A stretch of 64,000 bases of DNA from Leptolyngbya sp. BL-A-14 (GTDB taxonomy: Bacteria > Cyanobacteriota > Cyanobacteriia > Leptolyngbyales > Leptolyngbyaceae): assembly GCA_041937185.1 (NCBI GenBank), contig CP166621.1, positions 2,452,571 to 2,516,570 on the forward strand, written 5' to 3'. Below, one piece after another: positions 9,765 to 19,702 of this stretch. Within the stretch, counting starts at the first letter, position 1. Every line of letters begins with the position of its first letter. Made by a program: the position numbers and the translations under genes. A model generated the notes under the pieces. It was not told the origin of the DNA. It did no database searches and saw only the letters and a list, made by a program, of their open reading frames with translations.

Positions 9765-10166
9765 TATTTAACGAAGTACAAAGGACAGGTGCTCAAGGAG
9801 TCGGAGCGGCTCTTGCCTGGCTCCCTAACCACCGTTTGCCAGTTTTCACGCGGCTTTCTCCTTAATCATGCCTTTTTTCGGCAGGAACGGCACCCCCAAT
9901 TTCGACCTTGCGACCAAAGCAGCAAAATCGCCATTTGAAAGGACTTTTGCCGTTGCTTGGTTTCGTTTTTGCCCCTGATCTTCTATGCTTAGAGTTTGGC
10001 TCACTTAGGAAAGCGTCTGCGAATGATTCGGACGATCACGCTTTCAGATAAGATCAGGGAATGTTTGTGATTAGCTACTTCTGCATTGTGAGGTTTTAGA
10101 CGCCTCTAATGCCGATGAGCCAATCATCAAACAGGTTTTACTGCATAACCATCGCCGCTGCATTGA

Positions 10167-10430
10167 TTGAGGAAGTTTATGACCGAGACAGAAATTTTTG
10201 ACAAAGTTCAGAAGATCGTAGCTGAACAGTTGGGTGTTGAAACGAGTGAAGTCACGCCTCAAGCTAGCTTTGCGAACGATTTAGGAGCCGACTCTCTGGA
10301 TACCGTTGAGCTAGTGATGGCGCTTGAAGAAGAATTTGACATCGAAATTCCCGACGAAGCGGCAGAGGAAATTGCCACTGTGCAGTCGGCCGTAGACTAT
10401 ATCAACAATAAAGTAGCGGCATCGGCTTAG
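10167..10430 (+). CDS. acpP: Acyl carrier protein
   Basis: [30 protein letters not shown] carries the canonical DSLD phosphopantetheine attachment site. Confidence 0.95.
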   Translation: MRKFMTETEIFDKVQKIVAEQLGVETSEVTPQASFANDLGADSLDTVELVMALEEEFDIEIPDEAAEEIATVQSAVDYINNKVAASA

Positions 10431-10601
10431 GTTCAAGTGATCAGCAAACAGTGAACAGTAACGTTCTGTTCGTAATCATTGATTCCCAAGAACCACTGAT
10501 TATTGACGGTTAAAGACTGTTCACTGAAGCTTAAGCCTGCTCACTGTGTTTGTGTTCTTCTGTGTTCTGCATTCTGGGTATCGACCCCTCACGTTGAAGC
10601 C

Positions 10602-11852
10602 ATGACAAGTATCGATCGTAAACGCGTTGTCGTCACAGGACTGGGCGCGATTACCCCAATTGGAAACACCCTGCCCGAATACTGGGAAGGGTTAATGAGT
10701 GGGCGCAATGGCATTGGTCCCATTACCCTGTTTGATGCCTCTCGGCATGACTGCCGGATAGCAGGCGAGGTGAAAGGGTTTGATCCGCACGTCTATATGG
10801 ATCGGAAAGAAGCGAAGCGCATGGATCGGTTCGCTCAGTTTGGCGTTTCTGCCAGTAAGCAAGCGCTTGCCGATGCCAAATTTGTCATCAACGATCTGAA
10901 TGCAGAGCAGGTAGGTGTTCTCATTGGCACGGGCATTGGTGGGTTGAAAGTGCTGGAAGATCAGCAAGAAATCAACCTGACTAAAGGTCCCGATCGCTGT
11001 AGCCCTTTCATGATTCCCATGATGATTGCCAATATGGCAGCGGGGCTGACTGCGATTCATACGGGCGCAAAAGGTCCGAATTCCTGTTCTGTAACTGCCT
11101 GTGCGGCGGGATCAAACGCGATCGGCGACGCCTTCCGACTCGTGCAAAACGGCTATGCCCAGGCCATGATTTGTGGTGGCACCGAAGCGGCTGTTACGTC
11201 TCTCTCCGTTGCTGGGTTTGCGGCTTGTAAAGCCATGTCTACCCGCAACGACGATCCTGCCCACGCCAGTCGTCCCTTTGATCAAGACCGGGATGGCTTT
11301 GTGTTGGGCGAAGGTAGCGGTATTTTGATTCTTGAAGAACTGGAGCATGCTCTAGCTAGGGGTGCACGGATCTACGCTGAGATTGTGGGCTATGGCGCGA
11401 CCTGCGATGCGTATCACATTACCTCTCCCGTTCCCGGTGGTGAAGGTGCTGCAAGAGCCATTTCGCTCGCGCTCAAAGATGCCAACCTCACGCCTGAACA
11501 GGTGAGCTATATCAATGCCCACGGCACCAGCACGCCAGCAAATGACTCAACGGAGACGGCAGCGATGAAAAAGGCGTTGGGCGATCATGCCTACAACATT
11601 ACCGTTAGCTCGACGAAGTCCATGACGGGGCATCTGCTGGGCGGCTCTGGTGGCATCGAGGCTGTAGCAGCGGTGATGGCCGTAGCCAACGATCGCGTTC
11701 CCCCTACGATTAACCTCGTCAACCCTGACCCTGCTTGTGATCTAGACTACGTGCCCAATCACAGCCGTGAGCAGATAGTAGATGTAGCCCTATCTAACTC
11801 CTTTGGGTTTGGTGGACATAACGTCACGCTGGCATTCAGAAAGTATCGCTAA
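10602..11852 (+). CDS. fabF: 3-oxoacyl-ACP synthase II
   Basis: MTSIDRKRVVVTGLGAITPIGN..., active-site region CSVTACAAGSNAIGDA, HGTST, and GHLLGGSGG at the C-terminus. The ORF-track start at 10503 looks like an upstream in-frame extension. Confidence 0.9.
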   Translation: MTSIDRKRVVVTGLGAITPIGNTLPEYWEGLMSGRNGIGPITLFDASRHDCRIAGEVKGFDPHVYMDRKEAKRMDRFAQFGVSASKQALADAKFVINDLNAEQVGVLIGTGIGGLKVLEDQQEINLTKGPDRCSPFMIPMMIANMAAGLTAIHTGAKGPNSCSVTACAAGSNAIGDAFRLVQNGYAQAMICGGTEAAVTSLSVAGFAACKAMSTRNDDPAHASRPFDQDRDGFVLGEGSGILILEELEHALARGARIYAEIVGYGATCDAYHITSPVPGGEGAARAISLALKDANLTPEQVSYINAHGTSTPANDSTETAAMKKALGDHAYNITVSSTKSMTGHLLGGSGGIEAVAAVMAVANDRVPPTINLVNPDPACDLDYVPNHSREQIVDVALSNSFGFGGHNVTLAFRKYR

Positions 11853-11946
11853 TCTTTGCTCTTTGTCAGTTACTCGCGTGTTAAACCTTTGTGTGTTAGA
11901 CCTTCGTATCCGATCGCCTCACATTGCCCTATTCAGGATCTAAGCC

Positions 11947-13860
11947 ATGACGACAACGACCACTCGCTTTCCGATCGACCTCGGCGCTTACAAGCCGCTT
12001 AAGCTAGACCCTGCCAACAAAACGCTGACTGACGAACAGCGCGAAACCCTCAAAGCCAACATTCAGCTTTGCCGGGACGCAATTATCTTTTTCACTGCAA
12101 CGGGTGCAGCAAGAGGGGTCGGCGGTCACACGGGCGGACCTTATGACACCGTGCCTGAAGTCGTGATTTTAGATGCTCTTTTCCGCAGCGCGCCCGATCA
12201 GTTCGTGCCCATCTTCTTCGACGAGGCAGGTCATCGCGTCGCCACCCAATATTTAATGGCAACCCTTCACGGTGACTTGCCTGCCGAACAGTTGACTCGC
12301 TACCGGGAAGCACACGCGCATTTGCCTGGACACCCAGAACTCGGACTCACTCCGGGTGTGAAATTTAGCTCCGGTCGTCTCGGTCACATGTGGCCTTATG
12401 TTAACGGTGTGGCGCTGGCAAACCCTGGCAAAACGGTTTTCTGCCTTGGTTCAGATGGGTCTCAGCAAGAAGGGAACGATGCGGAAGCGGCACGGTTAGC
12501 GGTGGCTCAGCACATCAACGTCAAGCTGATCATTGATGACAACGATGTGACGATCGCTGGGCATCCCTCCAAATACCTCCCTGGTTACAGCGTTGCCAAA
12601 ACACTAGAAGGGCATGGCCTCAAGGTCTTGGAAGGCAATGGCGAAGATCTGGATGATCTGTACGCTCGCATTATTGAAGCGATCGCGACACCAGGACCGA
12701 TCGCAGTTGTTAACAAGCGCCCCATGTCCGTTGGCATCGAAGGCCTAGAAGGTTCCACTCACGGTCATGATGTTATTTCGGTAAAACTGGCGATTGCCTA
12801 CCTGGAGAAACGCGGTTTAACGGCAGCAGTGGACTTTTTGAAGGCGATCGAAACGCCCAAAAATCCCTACAAGTTCATTGGTGCAGGCGACAAGTGGGAC
12901 TCCAACCGCAACGTCTTTGGCGATGCGGTGAATGCGGTATTGGATGGCATGAGCGAAGCCGATCGCAAAGCCAAAGTGCTGGTGATCGACAGCGACCTCG
13001 AAGGCTCCTGCGGTTTGAAGAAAATCCACGATGCTCATCCCGAAGTCTTCATCCCCTCTGGCATTATGGAGCGGGGTAACATTTCGGCAGCAGCGGGCTT
13101 TGGCATGGAGAAAGGCAAACAGGGTATTTTCGCAACCTTCGCCGCCTTCTTAGAAATGTGCATCTCCGAAATCACGATGGCGCGGTTGAATTACTCCAAC
13201 CTGCTTTGTCACTTCTCCCATTCCGGCATCGACGACATGGCAGACAACACCTGCCACTTCGGCATTAACAACTTCTTTGCCGACAACGGGCTGGACGATG
13301 GCTACGAAACCCGCCTTTACTTCCCTGCCGATGCAGGCCAAATGAAAGCGGTTGTCAAAGGTGTTTTCCACGACCCAGGTCTGCGCTTCATCTTCTCCAC
13401 CCGTTCCAAAACGCCGAACATTCTCGATGCCAGTGGCAAAGACCTGTACGGCGAAGGCTATACCTTTGTACCCGGCAAAGATGAAGTGGTACGCGAAGGC
13501 ACCGCCGGCTACATCGTCAGCTTTGGTGATGGTTTGTATCGTGCGCTGGATGCTGTGCATCGCCTGAAGCAAGAAGGCATTGACGTTGGTTTGATCAACA
13601 AGCCGACGTTGAATGTGGTGGATGAAGCGACGATCGCCAAAATCGGTGCAACCCCCTTTGTCATCGTCGTCGAAGCCTTCAACCGCAAAACAGGTCTAGG
13701 CAGCCGCTTTGGCACCTGGCTTTTGGAGCGCGGCCTGACTCCCAAGTATGCTCACCTCGGCACCCACAAAGAAGGCTCCGGTGGTCTGTGGGAACAGTAT
13801 CCCCACCAGGGCATTGACTCAGACGGCATTATCGCCAAAGTCAAGGAACTGGTTGGCTAA
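11947..13860 (+). CDS. Divergent transketolase-family thiamine-diphosphate enzyme
   Basis: 637 aa with a TPP-binding GDG...N motif (GSDGSQQEGNDAEAARLA...LIIDDNDVTIAGH) and GHPE...TPGV, which resembles transketolase. It is clearly unlike canonical cyanobacterial TktA at the N-terminus. Confidence 0.5.
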   Translation: MTTTTTRFPIDLGAYKPLKLDPANKTLTDEQRETLKANIQLCRDAIIFFTATGAARGVGGHTGGPYDTVPEVVILDALFRSAPDQFVPIFFDEAGHRVATQYLMATLHGDLPAEQLTRYREAHAHLPGHPELGLTPGVKFSSGRLGHMWPYVNGVALANPGKTVFCLGSDGSQQEGNDAEAARLAVAQHINVKLIIDDNDVTIAGHPSKYLPGYSVAKTLEGHGLKVLEGNGEDLDDLYARIIEAIATPGPIAVVNKRPMSVGIEGLEGSTHGHDVISVKLAIAYLEKRGLTAAVDFLKAIETPKNPYKFIGAGDKWDSNRNVFGDAVNAVLDGMSEADRKAKVLVIDSDLEGSCGLKKIHDAHPEVFIPSGIMERGNISAAAGFGMEKGKQGIFATFAAFLEMCISEITMARLNYSNLLCHFSHSGIDDMADNTCHFGINNFFADNGLDDGYETRLYFPADAGQMKAVVKGVFHDPGLRFIFSTRSKTPNILDASGKDLYGEGYTFVPGKDEVVREGTAGYIVSFGDGLYRALDAVHRLKQEGIDVGLINKPTLNVVDEATIAKIGATPFVIVVEAFNRKTGLGSRFGTWLLERGLTPKYAHLGTHKEGSGGLWEQYPHQGIDSDGIIAKVKELVG

Positions 13861-13997
13861 CTGAAGCCACTGATTTCAATAGTCTCTACACACTAATGGA
13901 CTGAGCGTTGCGGTTAACTACCCAGCCCTCAGTCCATTGTTATAGTGAGGCTAGTCGTCCGGTATGAACTCGCTAGCAGCGTAAGCGGCTGACAGAC

Positions 13998-14546
13998 ATG
14001 ACTATCACCACGCAACGACTTACACTACAAGACTTTCTCAAGCTGCCTGACATCGAAGAATCGCCAGCCTGGGAGTTTGTGGCGGGAAACGTTAGCCAAA
14101 AACCGATGCCTACCGCTCACCACAGCATTTTGCAGAAGCGTCTGACGGCTGCGATCGATCAGGCTGATTCACCCTATGAAGCGTTTCCAGAACTGCGCTG
14201 TACACTGAGCAACAACTCTGTCGTACCTGCCATTACCGTGATTCATCGCAATCGCGTTCCGTCTGAAAATAGTCCCATTTCAGGCGCACCCGAGTGGATG
14301 ATTGAGATTCTGTCTCCTGAGCAAAGCACCACAAAATTGATTGCCAAAATTCAAGCCTGCTTGGCGGAAGGAACACAGCTTGGATGGCTAATCGATTCAA
14401 CCGAGCGCGTCATTATGGTGCTGCTACCCGATCGCCGCCTGATGCTGTTGAGCAATGGCGATCGTCTACCTGTCCTGCAAGACTTACCGCTCGTTTTAAC
14501 CGTTGATCAAGTCTTTGCCTGGCTACAACCATTATCAAAACCATAG
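13998..14546 (+). CDS. Uma2 family (DUF820) endonuclease-like protein
   Basis: ...LQDFLKLPDIEESPAWEFVAGNVSQKPMPTAHHS...PEWMIEILSPEQS... Confidence 0.7.
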   Translation: MTITTQRLTLQDFLKLPDIEESPAWEFVAGNVSQKPMPTAHHSILQKRLTAAIDQADSPYEAFPELRCTLSNNSVVPAITVIHRNRVPSENSPISGAPEWMIEILSPEQSTTKLIAKIQACLAEGTQLGWLIDSTERVIMVLLPDRRLMLLSNGDRLPVLQDLPLVLTVDQVFAWLQPLSKP

Positions 14547-14611
14547 TTATTAAGCCTGACGGGTGTTAGGTTAAAGAGTGAAAGTGCTGTTTCATCAGTC
14601 CTGGATACTAT

Positions 14612-14842
14612 ATGTCTTCGGCTACCATCACCACGATCGTCACCATGCTCGAATCCCTGCCCGACGCTATGCAGGAGCAAGTTGCAGAGCATATCCGTGA
14701 ACTCATCGCCGACTTGGAAGATGACGCACAGTGGGAGTCTTCCTTTAAACGGACTCGTAACAGTCTGGCTGCTGCAGCCCAACAAGCAAAGCGCGAAATT
14801 GCAGAGGGGCAGTCAACACCAATGGATTACGAACAACTGTGA
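14612..14842 (+). CDS. Putative type II antitoxin
   Basis: 76-aa acidic protein whose stop overlaps the start of the downstream toxin-like gene (ATGA). Confidence 0.5.
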   Translation: MSSATITTIVTMLESLPDAMQEQVAEHIRELIADLEDDAQWESSFKRTRNSLAAAAQQAKREIAEGQSTPMDYEQL

Positions 14843-15057
14843 AATCTGCAACGCTGCCGTCATTTTGGGCTGAGTATAGACAGTTGAGTGACCCAATCAG
14901 AGCGGCAGCACGAAAAGCCTATCGACTTTGGGCAGAGAATCCGTTTCATCCATCTTTGCATTTCAAATGCATTGACAGCGAGGAAGGCATTTGGTCAGTT
15001 CGTATCACCCGAAGCTGTCGTGCGCTTAACGTTTTGGAAGGGGAAACGGTGACATGA
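14839..15057 (+). CDS. ParE/RelE-family type II toxin
   Basis: 72 aa with ...AYRLWAENPFHPSLHFKCI...GIWSVRITRSCRALNVLEGETV, a RelE/ParE-like pattern. It is translationally coupled to the upstream gene. Confidence 0.6.
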   Translation: MKSATLPSFWAEYRQLSDPIRAAARKAYRLWAENPFHPSLHFKCIDSEEGIWSVRITRSCRALNVLEGETVT

Positions 15058-15890
15058 TTTTGGATCGGTAATCACGATAATGTAAGCGTTTCTACGCATG
15101 AGCTTTCAGCAGAGCGAAGACCACTCACCTCGCTTCTCAAATGCTGTTGACTCGGCTTGACGATCGCCTCAATACTCCATCACCTCAATACTCAGCTAGA
15201 CGATCGCAGCGACAGTGGTCAAATCCTAGCTGCACCCGTAGAGTTGTTGCACTCAAACAAGTGGTTGTATACCATCTGCACGCATTAACCAAGCCGTAAC
15301 TTGTGAAAGTCTTGCTTGAACGAGGACTTGACATCCCTAACTTGTAAGGCTTTTCATAAGCACCCTATCAAGTCAAGCGTTATTTGGGACTTCACCCTAA
15401 TGTATTTCCAATGTATTTCCGAATCAACACCCTGATTATGGGTATCTATAAACCAATTGTCTCCAAACCTTACAAGAAGTAGACAACTACATACTACAAT
15501 TGTAGTATATCATAGGCACTATGTAATACAAACATTACAGCTTTCTATGCTCTGTTTACTTATTGCCATCTCAGATGATGCTACATTGCGTCGTTGCGAC
15601 ATGTTCTAGTCGGAGCAGGGTGCTATTGGGGTATCAGGGAATGTATTTGTCGGGTGTTTAGCACCCATTTATATTGCGTCATTGACCGCTGAGAGTAAAC
15701 CTCGAAACACAGAAGGCCACTCCCCTCACCACCGATATTTGGTGCAGTTCAACGGCAAGGGCAATCGCCTTCGACGGACTTCAAGAAGCGATATCTCTTT
15801 CGGTGGTCTTTCTAGCTAGGGAAGTACCAACTAACCCTGTTACCAAACCCAGAATGCGAAAGCAGGAACAAGCGAATCAGGATCAAAACT

Positions 15891-17072
15891 ATGCCTTACG
15901 AAACTTTGCCATTAGACGCTCGCAATCCCGTACTCTCCTGGGCAGGCCACCCACTGGCACACGAGGAAGTAAAGATGGCACGGAATGTTGCCTCACTACC
16001 CTTTGTGTTTAAACACGTCTCCCTGATGCCGGATGTGCATTTAGGTAAAGGAGCGTTGGTTGGTTCCGTTGTGGCAACTAAGGACGCGATCGTGCCCGCT
16101 GCAGTTGGAGTAGACATCGGCTGTGGTATGGCCGCGATCAAAACGCCTTACACGGCTACTCAATTAGACGGCAAGCTGAAGCAAATCCGGTTGGATATCG
16201 AAGCGGTAATTCCCACAGGCTTCAATGAAAACAAGGAGATTGAAAAGATAGTCTCTAACTGGCAAGGATGGCAGGAATTCAAGCATATACATCCGAAAGT
16301 GCAGGGGTTGGAAGGCAAGGCAACCAAGCAGATGGGTTCACTCGGTGGTGGCAATCACTTTATTGAAATCTGCGTCGACACCGAAGAGCAAGTCTGGTTA
16401 ATGTTGCACTCTGGCTCACGGCACATTGGTAATGTGCTCGCGCAACGTCATATCGAAACCGCGAAGGAACTAGCAAAGTTGGTAGGAGCTAAACTACCCG
16501 ACCCTGACTTGGCGTATTTTGTTCAAGATACACCGGAGTTTGCTGCCTACTGGCACGATTTGCAATGGGCACAGAGCTACGCTCTTTACAATCGAGTCGT
16601 GATGATGACACGAGTCCAGCGGATCGTTGAGCAGCGCTTAGCAGGTGGTAAACCGATGAAAGCATTGCTGAAAGTCAACTGTCATCACAACTATGCTGAA
16701 CAGGAAACCCATTATGGTGAGAAAGTGTATGTGACGCGCAAAGGTGCAGTACGTGCCCGCGAGACTGACTACGGCATTATTCCTGGCAGCATGGGTGCTC
16801 AGTCGTTTATTGTAAAAGGCAAAGGCAATGCCCACAGCTATTGCTCTTGCTCGCATGGCGCAGGACGGTTAATGTCTCGCAACAAGGCAAAGCTCCACTT
16901 CAGTTTGGATGATTTGATCCAACAAACAAATGGGGTGGAATGCCGTAAAGATACTGGAATGCTTGATGAGATTCCAGGTGCTTACAAGCCGATCGCACAG
17001 GTCATGGCAAATCAGTCAGATCTGGTCGAGATTGTCGCCACGCTCAAGCAGGTTATCTGTGTGAAAGGTTAG
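15891..17072 (+). CDS. rtcB: RNA-splicing ligase RtcB
   Basis: Motifs GGGNHFIEI and HSGSRHIGN, metal-binding Cys/His residues, ~393 aa. Confidence 0.85.
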   Translation: MPYETLPLDARNPVLSWAGHPLAHEEVKMARNVASLPFVFKHVSLMPDVHLGKGALVGSVVATKDAIVPAAVGVDIGCGMAAIKTPYTATQLDGKLKQIRLDIEAVIPTGFNENKEIEKIVSNWQGWQEFKHIHPKVQGLEGKATKQMGSLGGGNHFIEICVDTEEQVWLMLHSGSRHIGNVLAQRHIETAKELAKLVGAKLPDPDLAYFVQDTPEFAAYWHDLQWAQSYALYNRVVMMTRVQRIVEQRLAGGKPMKALLKVNCHHNYAEQETHYGEKVYVTRKGAVRARETDYGIIPGSMGAQSFIVKGKGNAHSYCSCSHGAGRLMSRNKAKLHFSLDDLIQQTNGVECRKDTGMLDEIPGAYKPIAQVMANQSDLVEIVATLKQVICVKG

Positions 17073-17255
17073 ACATAGAGTTAGCAACCAGTCTTTCGTC
17101 CATCGCTTAAACCAACAAATGAGATAGCGGGACAAGAAGTACACCTTAAGGTTGAGATTTCAACCCACAGCTTTAAGTCTCGCCATTCTCTCCCTTAGTA
17201 GCCTCGTAGCCTAATTAGGCAACCACCTTCAAACTGTTAACTCAACTGCCAATTA

Positions 17256-18827
17256 TTACGCCGCTTGAAGGCTAGTGGGCACCATCCCACTGAGGATGGC
17301 TTGAAAATAAGCAACCTCGCCTCTCACAGAAGGCAGTGTAGACAGCACTAATAGTATCTCCTGAAACTCCTGGAGCGAGAGTTGACTGGCCTGCAGCAAA
17401 TCCTTAGTTAGCCTGCCGTGTAAGCTTTGTACCAGCAGTTCCACAGTATTTTGGTGTGCTCTTAAGTCAAGCTCACCTCGTTGAAACTGTTTTGGGGAAA
17501 CGCCCCACTTTAGAATTTGCAGACTGCTTTGGGGGGACGCTCCCAGAAAGCTAGATTTGGCAACTTCTTGCACCAGTTTAGCAAGCCCCCACTTCATCAT
17601 TTGCTCTGGTTCCAATAGCTTCGAATCATCGCAAAGTGTCTTAAGAATCGTAAGCTGCTGCATGAGAACGTGTCGCGAAAACGGCGTTACCTCAGCCACA
17701 ATCATGTCACCAGAACTGCTTACTTGAGCGTTGTAGGCTGTTTCAAGGACATTAATTAACGTATTAATATCTGTCTGCTTTTCCCAGTTCACCTGACCCA
17801 GAAAGAAGCATTCTTCGTAGCCAAGTTGTATCCCTTCAAAATAGATCGGTAGTTGCTTTCCAGACTCTAGAAGTTTGTATAGAGCGACTTCCAGGCTTTC
17901 TGCAGGCCATCCCAGGTTGCGAACCAACAAAAATTTGAGATGACCAAACTCCGAGTAGACTAGTGCATTCAACAGTAAATGAACCGCTTCGCCAACGTTT
18001 TGACCCAGTACGAAGCGATTTGGAGCATGAATGTTAATGGGTTGCTCCTGCTGGATTTTGTGATCAATTTGTTGGCACATAGAACTGTTGTCCAGCATGT
18101 GCGTGAACCGCACCATGCCGTAGCGCACACGTCCACGTTCCGCTGCTGCTGCCAGAAGCCATTCAGCAACTTTCTTAGTGGCAGCGTAAACTTCAGCGGT
18201 GTAGTAGCGAGACGCCTTTCCAGTCGAGGAAAACACGCACTGCTGAACACCATACTCCTCGCAAAGCCGAATGATATTTTGAGTTCCAAAGACATTGGTC
18301 GTGATTGTCTCATGAATGCGTTTCTCTGCTACGCCAGGTAAGCGCTGTGCCGCGAGATGAAACACAATATCTGGTTTTTCAGTGGCAAAAATCTGTTGCT
18401 GGGCCTCATAATCTCGAACATCAGCTGCATATAGAAGAACTCCTGGCTGTTGCCCTTCAATGGGTTGCAGAACGAGTTGAGAACAGCATCGGCCATGATC
18501 GACCGAAATAATTCGATCAACCCCTAGTTCAACCAGTCTTTGAATGAGATGGCTTCCCACACAGCCTTCACCACCCGTGACTAAGACAACCTTATGCGCG
18601 AGTTGGCTTCGTACGTCAGCCTCATATAGATGCAATTGACGTGTGCGAGCTTCCCGAAAGGGATCGTCTTGCAGTTGTCCTGCTGCCTGGTAAGCCTGAA
18701 TAAGCGACTGGGTCAATTGCTGAAGTTGTACCAATATTTGAGCGTCTTGAGGTGCCGGACTTCCAGGTGGCACTAGCGCCTGCATAGATTGGATGACCGA
18801 GCTGACGGTGGGGAGTACAGGCTGCAT
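17256..18827 (-). CDS. NAD-dependent epimerase/dehydratase (SDR) family protein with N- and C-terminal extensions
   Basis: Rossmann motif VLVTGGEGCVGSHLIQRL. The ~200-aa C-terminal region has no recognisable motif. Confidence 0.5.
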   Translation of the reverse strand: MQPVLPTVSSVIQSMQALVPPGSPAPQDAQILVQLQQLTQSLIQAYQAAGQLQDDPFREARTRQLHLYEADVRSQLAHKVVLVTGGEGCVGSHLIQRLVELGVDRIISVDHGRCCSQLVLQPIEGQQPGVLLYAADVRDYEAQQQIFATEKPDIVFHLAAQRLPGVAEKRIHETITTNVFGTQNIIRLCEEYGVQQCVFSSTGKASRYYTAEVYAATKKVAEWLLAAAAERGRVRYGMVRFTHMLDNSSMCQQIDHKIQQEQPINIHAPNRFVLGQNVGEAVHLLLNALVYSEFGHLKFLLVRNLGWPAESLEVALYKLLESGKQLPIYFEGIQLGYEECFFLGQVNWEKQTDINTLINVLETAYNAQVSSSGDMIVAEVTPFSRHVLMQQLTILKTLCDDSKLLEPEQMMKWGLAKLVQEVAKSSFLGASPQSSLQILKWGVSPKQFQRGELDLRAHQNTVELLVQSLHGRLTKDLLQASQLSLQEFQEILLVLSTLPSVRGEVAYFQAILSGMVPTSLQAA

Positions 18828-19702
18828 GGTTTGTAGGAATGAGCTTACATGGCATCAAAAAGTCCCCGATCTTTTAGATCGGGTTATTTGTTCATCCAGA
18901 AAACGTATCTCTGCCTTGGAGGTAACCGTGCAAAGCACAGCCATTAGCAATCGTGGGGACACCTTGAATGCATCCGTACACGCCACGAACGATGGAGGTC
19001 TTACGCCTTGAGGGTTGCACTCTTTGATGCGGTAAAACTGCTAGACGCAGAGCTACTTTTCACCGTTGATGCGGCTAGACGGGTTGGCAGACTAAAGCGG
19101 AGAGGTGGTCACCAACATTAACCGGGAACTAAGATGGTGGGGAGCCGATTCATCTTCGAAGAGGCTTTCAATGTCTTTGAAAAGATCATCACAGCCAAAG
19201 TGAGATTAAAGACTATTGACGGGGAACAAGTCACTATAAGCACATGATACAAGTCTGAATAGTGGTGAGACTTGAGGGATCTTACGAGATCTCAATCGGT
19301 ACGCAGAATTTCTATACTTGTATTGCTCGGTGTTTCTACGCTCTACAATTGTTAAAAGACTGAGAAGACAGCGCGAAATCTATGATGAAGGGTAGTGTAA
19401 GAGCATCGATTGCGCTCAAAATTCCTCTACAGGTTTACAAGCCAAAACGTGGTCACTCATCAACGTTTTTAGCGATCGTGTGGAACAAGCAGCAAGGTGA
19501 ATACAGGCGCTTAAGCAGTGCAATAGCAAGCAAAAATCCGTTTATTTAGAACCATTAGGAACTGAAAGATTTGCTCAGCAATGGGTTGGAGGAACTTGTC
19601 GCCTGTGTCGTTTTGCTGCATACGCCAAGGAAAACCAGAGCCTTGTTCAGTACTGTGTTAGAAGCGCTGAACGAGGCTCCGTTAAACGTTACTTAACCTC
19701 AA

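Noticed and set aside
10503-10601. ORF-track N-terminal extension of fabF (MTVKDCSLKLKPAHCVCVLL...)
   Set aside because: FabF homologues start at MTS...KRVVVTGLG. The extension is probably non-coding leader read through in frame.
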